DNA of 64,000 bases from Candidatus Latescibacterota bacterium. GTDB lineage: Bacteria > Latescibacterota > UBA2968 > GCA-2709665. The notes under the pieces are model-generated. The model saw only the letters and a program-made list of their open reading frames with translations, had not been told where the DNA came from and ran no database searches. Made by a program: the position numbers and the translations under genes. This document shows, one piece after another, positions 21,326 through 31,386 of this stretch (its first letter is position 1; each line of letters opens with the position of its first letter). The DNA lies in contig OZ242180.1 of NCBI GenBank assembly GCA_965205485.1, positions 1,568,001 through 1,632,000 on the forward strand. The letters run 5' to 3'.

Positions 21326-22066
21326 TCATTCCTCGATCACATAATCGAACAAGAGTACGCATGCGGCCACGAACAGAAGGGCGAATGCACCGCCGATATG
21401 GATCCAGGGGGAAATATCGGATAGAGAATCGCCAGCCAGCACGGCCCGGAACGATTCGACGGCCGCGAGCAGGGCCGGGACCAGGACGGGAAGGGTGAGC
21501 ATCGGCAGCAGGGCTTCCTGGAGGCGGGTCCTGATCGACATCGCTGCGAAAAGGGTGCCCACGGCCGCGAATCCGAGGGTCCCCAGCAACAGCCCGGGAA
21601 GCAGTCGGGGCAGGTGTTGCCAGACGGCGATATTCAGAAAAACGACCATAAGCGGAAGGATCAGGGCTTCCAGAAAAAGCATTGCGCACAGATTCGCCAG
21701 CATTTTGCCCAGGTAGATCGCGCCTCGATCGGCGGGAGAAAGCAGAAGGCCCGTCAGGCAGTCGTTTTCACGTTCCGATACGAAGGAGCGCGTCAGGCCC
21801 ATGAATCCGGCAAACGTTACGGCGATCCAGAAAATGCCGGGCGCGGCGCTCCCAATCGTCTCCGAGTCCGGCGTTAAGGCGAAATTAAAGACCAGAAGCA
21901 CCAGAAACGCGAAAAAGCACATCGCGCTGAGACGCTCTTTCGTGCGAACCTCGGTCTTGAAGTCTTTCCAGAAAACTGCTGAAACCTGACGGAAGAAGAG
22001 GGCCAAAGGCGCTCCCGTTCCCGCGTTGCGCCCGACATCGGAAATCGACGGATCCCTGTTCCGCAC
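21326..22066 (-). CDS. ccmB: Heme exporter permease CcmB
   Basis: WKDFKTEVR, IYLGK, LLPMLTLPVLVP. Confidence 0.92.
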   Translation of the reverse strand: MRNRDPSISDVGRNAGTGAPLALFFRQVSAVFWKDFKTEVRTKERLSAMCFFAFLVLLVFNFALTPDSETIGSAAPGIFWIAVTFAGFMGLTRSFVSERENDCLTGLLLSPADRGAIYLGKMLANLCAMLFLEALILPLMVVFLNIAVWQHLPRLLPGLLLGTLGFAAVGTLFAAMSIRTRLQEALLPMLTLPVLVPALLAAVESFRAVLAGDSLSDISPWIHIGGAFALLFVAACVLLFDYVIEE

Positions 22067-22807
22067 TTATTCTGATGCCGGGATTGCGGAAGGATGTAGG
22101 GTTAGGGCTTTCTCGTAACGATGTGCCAGGCTCTCGATCGACTGTCCGTCGGTTTCTCCCGCCGCGACAAAACGCCCACGGTTCAGGATCGCGAAACGAT
22201 CCGCAAGATCCAGACAGCGTTGCAGATCGTGGGTCACCAGTATGACCGTACGGCCCTCCCGCCGAAGCTGGCGCAACCGCTCGCTCAACATGGCGCACGC
22301 GGCCGCGTCCAGCCCCGCGAACGGCTCGTCGAGAAGAAGAATCGCGGGCTGGTGCAGCGTGGCCCTGGCAACGGCGAGGCGCTGCTTCATGCCCCTCGAA
22401 AACCCGCGGACCCGGTCGTGTTCCCTGCCGGAAAGACCCACCTCCGCCAGCGCCTGACGCACGCGTTCTTTCAGGTCGCCCAGACCGTACAGACGGCCAT
22501 AGAAGCGCAGGTTCTCACCTGCGGTCAGGTCTTCGTAGAGAAGGGTCTGGTGCGAGATGAGTCCGATGTCCGCCCGTACGCGCTCCGGCTCTTTGCGTGC
22601 GTCCACGCCCCGAATGAATATCCGGCCGTGCGTGGGTCTGGTGAGGGTCGCAACAACCCGCAGGAGGGTCGACTTGCCTGCCCCGTTCGGGCCCAGAAGC
22701 GCAAGAGCGCCGCTCGGAATATCGAGGTCGATGCCGTCCAGGGCGGCGATGCGGCCGAACCGTTTTTGCACGTTTTGCAGAACGATGGCCGGAGCGGACG
22801 AGGCCAC
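22067..22807 (-). CDS. ccmA: Heme ABC exporter ATPase CcmA
   Basis: GPNGAGKST, FSRGMKQR, LLLDEP; ccm operon context. Confidence 0.9.
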   Translation of the reverse strand: MASSAPAIVLQNVQKRFGRIAALDGIDLDIPSGALALLGPNGAGKSTLLRVVATLTRPTHGRIFIRGVDARKEPERVRADIGLISHQTLLYEDLTAGENLRFYGRLYGLGDLKERVRQALAEVGLSGREHDRVRGFSRGMKQRLAVARATLHQPAILLLDEPFAGLDAAACAMLSERLRQLRREGRTVILVTHDLQRCLDLADRFAILNRGRFVAAGETDGQSIESLAHRYEKALTLHPSAIPASE

Positions 22808-22812
22808 GACGC

Positions 22813-23907
22813 CTATTCCTTGCCGTCCAAGACGCGCGTCATTTCGACAAGCTCCGCTTTAAATGCATTTCGCCGGGCCCGGTATTCTTCCTCCGGGAGG
22901 CGCCCCTTCTCGTACCGGTCATCCAGATCCGCGATCTGGTGCATCAGGGCGGTCCTGCGCGCCCGGAGGTCCGGCGCGCCATCGGCAGGCGCTCGCGCGG
23001 AGGAACCCGTCTTTCCGGCCGACCGGAAGAAGATGGCAAGCAGTGCGAAAGCGATCGCCAGCCCAATCAGCACCCACCTGATGCCGATATCGCTCGACAA
23101 AGTAGAAAACGACCACGGCGACGTGTTTATTTCCAGGTCGATCCGGTCGCCCCGGTTGAAACCGGCACCCGAGAACCTTCTAAAGCTGTGTTGTTCGCCC
23201 GGGACTTCACCCCTGTCCTGGAGTGCGCCCGCGGTGACGTCCACGTCCGCGGGACCCACAAAGACTTCCACGGACTTCGTGGGATAACTCAAGGTCTGCG
23301 CCAGTCGCCCCGAGGCGGGCAGGTCGAAGGCAAATAGCAACTGGCTGTGACCCGGACGAACGGGATCCGGATTCACGAGAATTCTGCCGTGGGTGTGAAG
23401 TCCCTGCGGGCCGTCCCTCACTTCCGTCACGCCGTCGGGCAGGAGAATCTCCAGGCCGTGGCCATGTCCCCCGCCGGTCCTGAACGTTCGGTTGCCACTG
23501 TTCTTTACGATCAGGATCTGTTCAACCCGCTTTTCGGCCGCGTCGACGATGATGTGGTGAGAGACAACGGAGAGAGCGGTGTCCGAGCCGGTGGTTTCGT
23601 AGACGGCGATTTCATTGGGGCCGTCCGATAGACGCTGGTGGTAATTTACGCCCGCATAGGATGCCAAAAGAAACCAGAGCGCGCCATCGCTTCCAGCGTC
23701 CCGGAACGAGAATCTGCCGTGACTATCGGTGGTGTCCTGACCGACGATTTCAGGTTCGGCGGCCTGGCGAACCAGCAATACCACGCAGTCGTTCTGAGGG
23801 CTGGAAAGCGTCTCATTGATGACGCGGCCAACAACCAGGCCATTCGCAGGGACGGCGTGCGAAAGACCGATCAGCACAAAGGCGAAGCAGCGGAGACGTA
23901 TGCTCAT
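22813..23907 (-). CDS. Hypothetical exported beta-rich protein with C-terminal TM and short helical tail (ccm operon)
   Basis: Signal peptide, TTDSHGRFSF, TM, IADLDDRYEKGRLPEEEY. Confidence 0.7.
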   Translation of the reverse strand: MSIRLRCFAFVLIGLSHAVPANGLVVGRVINETLSSPQNDCVVLLVRQAAEPEIVGQDTTDSHGRFSFRDAGSDGALWFLLASYAGVNYHQRLSDGPNEIAVYETTGSDTALSVVSHHIIVDAAEKRVEQILIVKNSGNRTFRTGGGHGHGLEILLPDGVTEVRDGPQGLHTHGRILVNPDPVRPGHSQLLFAFDLPASGRLAQTLSYPTKSVEVFVGPADVDVTAGALQDRGEVPGEQHSFRRFSGAGFNRGDRIDLEINTSPWSFSTLSSDIGIRWVLIGLAIAFALLAIFFRSAGKTGSSARAPADGAPDLRARRTALMHQIADLDDRYEKGRLPEEEYRARRNAFKAELVEMTRVLDGKE

Positions 23908-23992
23908 GGGTGTGATTCCGCGAGGGCCCTTTCGCATTGAGGACAGAAGCGAGCGCCCTCCGGCGTTGCGCGCCCGCACCGGGCGCAGTGGA

Positions 23993-24331
23993 TCATGTCT
24001 TTTTCCTGAGTGCGGCGATTTGCTCTTCGATGCGGTCCTCGATTTTCTTCGTGGGACCGGCGGTTTCCTCGATAGCCCGCATCAGTTCCACGGCCCTGTT
24101 CTCGTAGCGTGAGCGGGTTGCGCGATAGTCGTCCTCTTCCACCTTCCCCATGCGATGGTCGAAATCCAGTTCGCGGATGGCGTCAAAGAGGGCTTCCCGT
24201 TCCTCAATGAGCTGGTTTCCACCACCGGGTCCGGCATCCGTCTCTCCAATCCGGCCCCTCGCGGTAAGGAACGGACGGAACAGGAAGATGCAGACAGCCG
24301 CGACAATGACGATGCAGACCGCGACGCTCAC
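23993..24331 (-). CDS. CcmI-N-terminus-like small membrane protein
   Basis: TM followed by AIRELDFDHRMGKVEEDDY; overlaps the ccmH stop. Confidence 0.7.
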   Translation of the reverse strand: MSVAVCIVIVAAVCIFLFRPFLTARGRIGETDAGPGGGNQLIEEREALFDAIRELDFDHRMGKVEEDDYRATRSRYENRAVELMRAIEETAGPTKKIEDRIEEQIAALRKKT

Positions 24332-24792
24332 AGTTCCCGCTCCCTGAGTTCCCTCTCGAGCCTTTGTCTGTACGGATCGCCGGCCTCTGTCTCCGGTACC
24401 CGGCCGGCTGCGGGATCTATATGTCGACGCGACCAGTTACGCAACACGACCCCCAGCATTACGGCGCCGAGCAGCAGAACCACAATGGGCATAATCCAGG
24501 CGGAAAGGTTGAAGCCCTCGGCGGGGGGCGTCACGTAGGCTTCCTGCCCGAATTCCGCAACAAAGCCCGCGATGATGGCTTCCCTGTCCTTACCCGCTTC
24601 CAGTGCTTCGGCAATGCGCGTTCTCTTTTGATCCGCCCAGCCGCATTCGCACTCGTCCAGCGGACGTCTGGGACACGTGCCGCAGAGACAGGCGAGGCCC
24701 TTTGCCACCTCTCTCACCCGTTCCTGCGACACTTCGGCGGTTACCGAGCCCGTGATCGGGAGAAGCAGGAGCGCAGGGAGGATCAACCTCAT
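24328..24792 (-). CDS. ccmH: Cytochrome c biogenesis protein CcmH
   Basis: Signal peptide, LACLCGTC, FVAEFG..PP..GFNLSAWIMP; the upstream ORF extension is MITE sequence. Confidence 0.85.
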   Translation of the reverse strand: MRLILPALLLLPITGSVTAEVSQERVREVAKGLACLCGTCPRRPLDECECGWADQKRTRIAEALEAGKDREAIIAGFVAEFGQEAYVTPPAEGFNLSAWIMPIVVLLLGAVMLGVVLRNWSRRHIDPAAGRVPETEAGDPYRQRLERELREREL

Positions 24793-24887
24793 CACATGAA
24801 CGGAAAGCCGGGAAAAGACCGCACCGGCTGTCTCCCGCGTCCCGAATGCGATTGATTGTTTGATCTTCTTCAGGTTGAATCCCTTCA

Positions 24888-25073
24888 GGAGTTGGTTTAA
24901 AACTCCCAGTGCGTTCCCGAGCGCGAGCGAAAGGGTGTCGGGCAAGGCGGGCGAATTCGCACAAGAGAGGCGAGCGAGCGCAGCCTCGACCTCTCGATAC
25001 TGGTGAATTTGGCCAACGCAGCCCGACGCGTTTGCAGCCGCGCGAAGACCGCTGGTAGTTTTCATCCAGCTCC
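24888..25073. mobile_element. MITE family A, divergent copy 3 with an internal deletion
   Basis: Shares cccgagcgcgagcgaaa and tttgcagccgcgcgaagaccgctgg; TIRs GGAGTTGGTTTAAAACT / AGTTTTCATCCAGCTCC; flanks TCA/TTA. Confidence 0.8.
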
Positions 25074-27056
25074 TTAAGATGCGGCAGGGAACCGGACGGT
25101 ACGTCCGCGCCTGTGACGTTCCCGCCGGTCGGGCAGGATGGCGATCACCGTCCCGAGCGTGAGAACCCATGCGCCTATCCACACCCACATCACGAGGGGA
25201 TTGACGTAGATCCTGAACATGGCGGCGCCGTCGAGGTCCGGGCCCTCATACAGGACATAGAGGTCTTCGCGCAGGCTGGAACGGACGGCGACTTCGGTCG
25301 TTCGCTGCTGGTCCTTTCGCTTGTAGTAGACGTGCTGCTCCGGCCACATTGTACCCAGGCGTTCGTCCCCCCGGAACACGCCCAGTTGGGTCTGTATTAC
25401 GACGGTGAGCGGATTCCGGGTCTGGGACGAGCCTTCGTACACGAGTCGGTATTTCCCGAGGGTCGCGGACTCGCCATGCTTCAGTGCCGCCTCGATTTCC
25501 CTGTTGAACGCGTTTCCGGTGAATCCGAAGAAGAGGAGGACGACGCCGAAGTGGACGATGTATCCGCCGTAACGCCGGCGGTTTCGGACGGTGAGCGACC
25601 AGAGTGCTTTGAGATACGGATCCTTTGAACTGCTTCCCCGCGCCTTCGCGCCTCTGTGAAACTCGGATGCAATGGCGCCCGTTACGAAGCCGCAAAGCGT
25701 AAATGAGATCAGCGCGTACAGTTCGCGCGCGCCAAGGGCAAATGCCGCGGCGCCGCAGATGAGACCGAAGATGCCCGGCCCGGCGAAGTGCTTTTTCAGG
25801 CTGCGCGCCGACGTCTTCCGCCAGGCCAGCAGCGGTCCGACGCCCGTCAACAGGAGAAGAAGCAGACCGATGGGCGTCATAACGGTGCTGAAAAAGGGGG
25901 GACCAACGGTGACTTTGGAGCCGGTGACGGCTTCGGAGAGTACAGGGAACATCACGCCCCAGAACACCGCAAAAGCGGCGGTGAGGAAAAGCAGATTGTT
26001 GAGGAGAAATCCGCCTTCCCGGGAGACCGGAGATTCGTATTCGTTTCTGCTCTCGAGCAATGCCCTCCTCCGCCACAGGATGCCCGCGGAGAAGACCACG
26101 ATTACCGCCAGGAAATAGAGGAATACGTCACCGATCGGCGACTGGGCGAATGCGTGCACCGAGGAAACCAGGCCGCTGCGGGTCAGGAAAGTGCCATAGA
26201 TGCACAGCGTAAAGGTGAGAATGACGAGCGCCATGTTCCAGACTTTGAGCATCCCCTTCTTTTCCTGGATCATGACCGAGTGAAGAAATGCGGTACCCGT
26301 GAGCCAGGGAAGCAGAGCGGCGTTTTCAACCGGGTCCCAACCCCAGTACCCGCCCCATCCCAGGACCACGTAGGCCCAGTTGCCGCCCAGAAGCTGCCCG
26401 GTCCCCAGGAAAAACCAGGGCCAGATGGTCCAGCGCCGGGTGGTGCGGATCCACTCCTCGTCCACCTGCCTGCTCAGGAGCGCGGCCATCGCAAACGCGT
26501 ACGGCACGATGAATCCCACATAACCGAGATACAGCATGGGAGGGTGAATGGCCATGGCCGGATGGACGAGCAGCGGATTCATGCCCTGGCCGTCGGCCGC
26601 CGTGAAGCCGAGTTCGCGGAAAGGATTCTCGTAATATCCGATGAGGACGAGGAAGAAGACCTGGGTGAGCGACATCACGACGGTCGCGTAGGAGGCGAGC
26701 GCGCCCCGGAACCTGCGGGTATTGCGCGTGGCGAAGAAATTGAAACCGGCCAGAATAAAGGCCCACAGCAGGAGCGAGCCTTCCATGCCCGACCAGACCG
26801 CTGTGAACTTGTAGGGCAACGGCAGGTCGCGGCTGGAATGGCCGGCCACGTAGTGGAGGTCGAAGCGGTCGGTCAGAAAAAAGGACTCCAGCAGCCCGAA
26901 GGCCGCCAGAATCATCAGAAAAGTGGCGGTAACGGCGCGTTCCGCGCTGAGCGCGAGATTCAGACTGCCGGACCGGCCCGCCAGAACGCCCGCCGCTGCC
27001 GCGTAGAGGGAAGTGACAACCGAGAACCAGATGAGAAAGTTGCCGAATTCAGCCAT
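25074..27056 (-). CDS. ccmF: Heme lyase CcmF
   Basis: EGSLLLW, HPPMLYLGY, LGWGGYWGWDPVENA. Confidence 0.96.
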   Translation of the reverse strand: MAEFGNFLIWFSVVTSLYAAAAGVLAGRSGSLNLALSAERAVTATFLMILAAFGLLESFFLTDRFDLHYVAGHSSRDLPLPYKFTAVWSGMEGSLLLWAFILAGFNFFATRNTRRFRGALASYATVVMSLTQVFFLVLIGYYENPFRELGFTAADGQGMNPLLVHPAMAIHPPMLYLGYVGFIVPYAFAMAALLSRQVDEEWIRTTRRWTIWPWFFLGTGQLLGGNWAYVVLGWGGYWGWDPVENAALLPWLTGTAFLHSVMIQEKKGMLKVWNMALVILTFTLCIYGTFLTRSGLVSSVHAFAQSPIGDVFLYFLAVIVVFSAGILWRRRALLESRNEYESPVSREGGFLLNNLLFLTAAFAVFWGVMFPVLSEAVTGSKVTVGPPFFSTVMTPIGLLLLLLTGVGPLLAWRKTSARSLKKHFAGPGIFGLICGAAAFALGARELYALISFTLCGFVTGAIASEFHRGAKARGSSSKDPYLKALWSLTVRNRRRYGGYIVHFGVVLLFFGFTGNAFNREIEAALKHGESATLGKYRLVYEGSSQTRNPLTVVIQTQLGVFRGDERLGTMWPEQHVYYKRKDQQRTTEVAVRSSLREDLYVLYEGPDLDGAAMFRIYVNPLVMWVWIGAWVLTLGTVIAILPDRRERHRRGRTVRFPAAS

Positions 27057-27103
27057 CGTCAGAGCCGCGGGTCATCGGACGACCCGGCTTTCCTGGTTGG
27101 GGA

Positions 27104-27541
27104 TTACCGGCTGTAAGATTCCTTGATTTCTTCGTAGGATTGACCTTCATATTTGGAAGGACACTTGGCCAGCAGGGTATCGGCGCGGAAGCGGCCGTTC
27201 CCGCCGACTTCACCTTCCAGGACCACGTCGGCTTCGTCTCTGAAGGTGTCCGGCACGATGCCCGCGTAGACCACCTGTCGTTTCGTCGAAAAGGCGTCTC
27301 CCTCCAGGGGTTCCCAGATCTCGAACTCGACAATACGGTCCGGAAGTTTCCGTATCGTGCCGGGCGTGACCTTGCCTGCCAGTTTGATGCGTTTATTCAC
27401 AAACTCGGTTTCCCGGGCTTCCAATTCGGTAACGGTGAGGTAATACATCGCCATTTTCTGAGAACTGCTTATAACCAGGAAGATCAGGCACGCGACGATC
27501 ACCGCGAATCCCGAGATGAATTTGACCTTTCGGACCGTCAT
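27104..27541 (-). CDS. ccmE: Heme chaperone CcmE (CxxxY type)
   Basis: YAGIVPDTF, LLAKCPSKY. Confidence 0.93.
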   Translation of the reverse strand: MTVRKVKFISGFAVIVACLIFLVISSSQKMAMYYLTVTELEARETEFVNKRIKLAGKVTPGTIRKLPDRIVEFEIWEPLEGDAFSTKRQVVYAGIVPDTFRDEADVVLEGEVGGNGRFRADTLLAKCPSKYEGQSYEEIKESYSR

Positions 27542-27834
27542 AGTTGGAGTTCCAGGAATTGAAATCGCTTATGAAATCCCTCGGCCGCCGTTGTCGGCAT
27601 CGGCATTCGGACCCGTGTTTCAATGCGCCTCAGGGAGGCGGGACGGGCTTTCCGGACGAAGCCCGGCCGCCTGTGAAATATAAATAAGAACGACGCATTA
27701 TCCACACAAAAAAGGCGTTTGCGCGGTTTATCGGCGATTCGCGCCAAGGTCCGGCACCAGTCCAAGTCAGGGATCGCGGCCCCTACGCGACTCGAGGAGT
27801 CGGAGACGCTTCGTGAGCCGTTAAAAGGCAATTA

Positions 27835-27993
27835 CCACAAAAGGCACAAAAACACAAAAGGCCACCCCTTCCGTATCACGTCCATTCCTGGATACTTGGG
27901 GTCACCGGATATGTACGGAATTTTCATCCATTGCGACGACCTCGATACGACGTTTCGCACCGAAATCTTCTGTGTCTTTTGTGCTTTTTGTGG
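27835..27993. repeat. Inverted pair of ~9-nt-period CACAAAA repeats around ~105 bp
   Basis: CCACAAAAGGCACAAAAACACAAAAG ... CTTCTGTGTCTTTTGTGCTTTTTGTGG. Confidence 0.75.
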
Positions 27994-28144
27994 CCAGTTT
28001 TACGGTTATCTTTTATGAATTGAGGTTAATCACGGACCAAATCGCTTGACAGAATGTGTTCTGGAACCATATTCGGGACCGTCCTGTACCGACAGGCATT
28101 CCCTAGTGTTTTTCATTCCTATCCATCGGATGAGGGAGGTCGAC

Positions 28145-28963
28145 GTGGCTGTTCTGGATGCCGAAGCGTTGGATTTCTGGGAGGAAAACGGATACGTTGT
28201 GGTGCCCGAGGCTGTGCCTCCGGAAAACTGCCGTGAGGCGGAGGCGGTCGTGTGGGCCTTTCTGGGCATGGACGCCACAGATCCGGACACATGGTATCCG
28301 GAGCCGCCGAGGCCGGGCATCATGGTTGAAATGTACCAGCATCAGGCGCTGTGGGACAACCGGCAGTACCCGAGGGTTCACGGTGCATTTGCGGATGTCT
28401 GGGGAACCGAAAAACTCTGGGTGAGTTTCGACAGGACGAGTCTGAATCCGCCGGAACGACCCGGCTTCAGTTTCAAGGGTCCCTATTTGCACTGGGATAT
28501 TTCACTGGATGATCCGTCGCGCTTCATGGTTCAGGGCGTGCTGTACCTGTCAGATACGGCGGCGAACCAGGGCGCGTTTACGTGCATACCGGGCTTCCAT
28601 CGGCGGATTGAGGGCTGGCTGGAGACGCTATCGGAAGGGGACGACCCCAGGCGGCGGATGCAGGAGGAATTCGGACATCAGGCCAAGCCGATCGCTGGCA
28701 GGGAGGGCGATCTTGTGATCTGGCACAGTTTGTTGCCGCACGGAAGCAGTCCCAACTCGGCCGACCGGCCGCGCATCGCGCAATACATCACGATGACTCC
28801 TGCAAGGGAAGGGGACAAGTCGCATAGGGAGAGCCGCATCGAGGGCTGGCGCGAACGTCTCACGGGACTGGGCAAGAACCAGAAGGAAAAGGAACACCTG
28901 GAAGGTGAAACGGCACGGTTGTCGCCGCTCGGGCGAAAGCTGCTGGGCCTCGATCGCTGGTAG
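28145..28963 (+). CDS. PhyH family Fe/2OG dioxygenase
   Basis: FWEENGYV, LHWD, IPGFH, WHSLLPHG; GGGAGG RBS before GTG 28145. Confidence 0.88.
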   Translation: MAVLDAEALDFWEENGYVVVPEAVPPENCREAEAVVWAFLGMDATDPDTWYPEPPRPGIMVEMYQHQALWDNRQYPRVHGAFADVWGTEKLWVSFDRTSLNPPERPGFSFKGPYLHWDISLDDPSRFMVQGVLYLSDTAANQGAFTCIPGFHRRIEGWLETLSEGDDPRRRMQEEFGHQAKPIAGREGDLVIWHSLLPHGSSPNSADRPRIAQYITMTPAREGDKSHRESRIEGWRERLTGLGKNQKEKEHLEGETARLSPLGRKLLGLDRW

Positions 28964-28969
28964 CTCTTG

Positions 28970-29045
28970 GCCGCTCCCTGAGCTGCCACCCTGAGCCCGT
29001 CGAAGGGCAGAGCAACCCGCGCATTTCGACAAGCTCAGCACAGGC
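28970..29045. repeat. REP-like element (CTGAGCCTGTCGAAG family)
   Basis: ~40 bp near-identical in reverse complement to 56481-56519; partner ttcgacaagctcag; related pieces at 45521-45555 and 63427-63495. Confidence 0.75.
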
Positions 29046-29125
29046 AATGACCACGCAGCGAGACGAGACGAATCGTCGGCAGAGTCGAAACATCTACTGG
29101 GACGGGACATTGCCCGTGACGATCC

Positions 29126-29326
29126 ATGATCATTCGCCACGAAAACCGCGAGTTCAGGCTGGTTGCCAGGCATGACGGCGACTTCTGGCTCGTCGAGGTC
29201 TTTGAGATCGTGGACGGTACGCAGCGACTGCGCTTTGAGTACAAGCTGAACGCGCCGCGGGACGAAACAGCGGCACTCGAACGGGCGTGGGAACTCTTCT
29301 CGGCGCGCAATCTCGCGAAGGGATGA
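29126..29326 (+). CDS. Small hypothetical protein (66 aa)
   Basis: Clean ORF with protein-like composition, ending before a terminator. Confidence 0.55.
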   Translation: MIIRHENREFRLVARHDGDFWLVEVFEIVDGTQRLRFEYKLNAPRDETAALERAWELFSARNLAKG

Positions 29327-29360
29327 ACGATAGCAAAAGCGCCATCGTATAGCCATGCGC

Positions 29361-29413
29361 AAACAAAAAAGCGGAGACGATTCACATGTGAATCGTCTCC
29401 GCTGTTCGTTTTC
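29361..29413. terminator. Bidirectional intrinsic terminator
   Basis: Perfect 34-bp palindrome AGCGGAGACGATTCACATGTGAATCGTCTCCGCT with A-run on the left and T-rich right side, between convergent genes. Confidence 0.85.
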
Positions 29414-29422
29414 TATTGTGTA

Positions 29423-31351
29423 TCACTTCTTTTTGTCGTCATCCACGACTTCGTATTCGGCGTCAACCACGCCGTCATCCTGCTTCTGCTCGCCTGCTGC
29501 CTGCCCCGGTTCCCCGGGACCCCCCGGAGCCCCGGCCTCGGGACCCGCCTGCGAGGCCTGCGCATAGAGTTCGCTGGCCACCTGGTGCCACTCCTGGGTG
29601 AGCGCTTCGGTGGCGGATTTGATCTCGTCCGGATTCTCGCCCTTCAGCGTTTCCTTCACCCGGTCCACCGCAGCCTGCACCTTAGCTTTGGCGTCTTCGT
29701 TGATCTTGTCGCCCATTTCTTCGAGCTGTTTTTCGGTCTGGTAGACCTGCTGGTCCGCCTGGTTGCGAACCTCGATGCTCTCCCGCCGTTTCTTGTCTTC
29801 CGCGGCGTTTTCCTGGGCGTCGCTCACCATCCGGTCGATTTCCGCGTCGGAAAGACCCGAGGAAGCCTCGATGCGAATGCTTTGTTCCTTGTTCGTGCCC
29901 ATGTCTTTGGCGGACACGTTCATGATCCCGTTGGCGTCGATATCGAAGCTGACTTCGATCTGGGGGGTGCCACGTGGCGCAGGCGGGATGCCGTCCAGGT
30001 GAAACCGGCCGATCGTACGGTTGTCAACCGCCATATCCCGTTCGCCCTGGAGCACGTGCACCTCAACCGAAGGCTGGCTGTCGGCGGCGGTCGTGAATAC
30101 CTGGGACTTCTTCGTGGGGATGGTGGTGTTGCGATCGATGAGTTTCGTCATTACGCTGCCCAGCGTCTCGATTCCGAGAGAAAGGGGCGTCACATCCAGC
30201 AGTACCACGTCCTTGACGTCGCCCGACAGCACGCCGGCCTGGATCGCGGCGCCTACCGCGACCACTTCGTCCGGATTCACGCCCCGGTTCGGATCCTTGC
30301 CGAAGAGTTCCTTGACTGCCTCCTGGACTTTGGGAATGCGGGTGCTTCCGCCAACCAGAATGACCTCGTTGATCTCCGACGGAGAAAGTCCCGCGTCCTT
30401 GATCGCCTGGATACACGGCCTTTTGGTACGTTCGACCAGGTCTTCCACGAGTTGCTCGAATTTCGCCCTGGACAGGGTCAGGTTCATATGCTTGGGACCT
30501 GACGCATCGGCCGTGACAAAGGGCAGGTTGACATCCGTCTGCAGGGAACTGGAAAGCTCGCATTTGGCCTTTTCGGCCGCTTCCTTCAGCCGCTGCAGCG
30601 CCATCGGGTCGTTGCGCAGGTCAATGTTGTTCTCCCGCTGGAATTCATCCGCGAGCCAGTCGATGATGCGATGATCGAAGTCGTCGCCGCCAAGGTGGGT
30701 GTCCCCGTTGGTGGACTTGACTTCGAATACGCCGTCGCCCAGTTCCAGAATGGAAATGTCGAACGTTCCGCCGCCCAGATCGTAGACGGCGATGATCTCA
30801 TCGGCTTTCTTGTCGAGGCCATAGGCCAGGGACGCGGCCGTGGGCTCGTTGACGATGCGTCTCACCTCCAGGCCGGCGATCTTCCCCGCGTCCGTGGTGG
30901 CCTTCCGCTGTGCGTCGTTGAAGTACGCCGGAACCGTGATGACGGCGTCCGTAACGGTTTCGCCAAGGTATTCTTCGGCCGTCTGTTTCATTTTCTGAAG
31001 GACCATGGCCGAGATCTCGGGAGGGGTATACGTCTTGTCGCCCAGTTTTGCCGTAGCAAGACCGTTGCTGTCTCTCTGGACTTCGTACGGGACTTCCTCG
31101 ATTTCGCTGGGCACTTCCTCATAACGCCTGCCCATGAAGCGTTTGATGGAGTAAACCGTATTCTGAGGGTTCGTCACCGCCTGTCGTTTTGCCACCTGAC
31201 CTACGAGGCGTTCGTCGTCCTTGGCGAAAGCGATCACCGACGGGGTGGTACGCCCGCCCTCGGCATTGGGAATCACGACAGGATCGCCACCCTCCATTAC
31301 GGCCACGCAGGAATTGGTCGTTCCCAGGTCGATTCCGATGACTTTGCCCAT
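29423..31351 (-). CDS. dnaK: Chaperone DnaK
   Basis: [32 protein letters not shown]. Confidence 0.99.
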   Translation of the reverse strand: MGKVIGIDLGTTNSCVAVMEGGDPVVIPNAEGGRTTPSVIAFAKDDERLVGQVAKRQAVTNPQNTVYSIKRFMGRRYEEVPSEIEEVPYEVQRDSNGLATAKLGDKTYTPPEISAMVLQKMKQTAEEYLGETVTDAVITVPAYFNDAQRKATTDAGKIAGLEVRRIVNEPTAASLAYGLDKKADEIIAVYDLGGGTFDISILELGDGVFEVKSTNGDTHLGGDDFDHRIIDWLADEFQRENNIDLRNDPMALQRLKEAAEKAKCELSSSLQTDVNLPFVTADASGPKHMNLTLSRAKFEQLVEDLVERTKRPCIQAIKDAGLSPSEINEVILVGGSTRIPKVQEAVKELFGKDPNRGVNPDEVVAVGAAIQAGVLSGDVKDVVLLDVTPLSLGIETLGSVMTKLIDRNTTIPTKKSQVFTTAADSQPSVEVHVLQGERDMAVDNRTIGRFHLDGIPPAPRGTPQIEVSFDIDANGIMNVSAKDMGTNKEQSIRIEASSGLSDAEIDRMVSDAQENAAEDKKRRESIEVRNQADQQVYQTEKQLEEMGDKINEDAKAKVQAAVDRVKETLKGENPDEIKSATEALTQEWHQVASELYAQASQAGPEAGAPGGPGEPGQAAGEQKQDDGVVDAEYEVVDDDKKK

Positions 31352-31386
31352 TTCTAGTATTCCTTTCTATTTGATAACGGCGTGAT

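Noticed and set aside
24793..25188. N-terminal extension of CcmH in the ORF track, and ORFs 20262-20519
   Set aside because: Translation of MITE family A; the same peptide appears at other copies.
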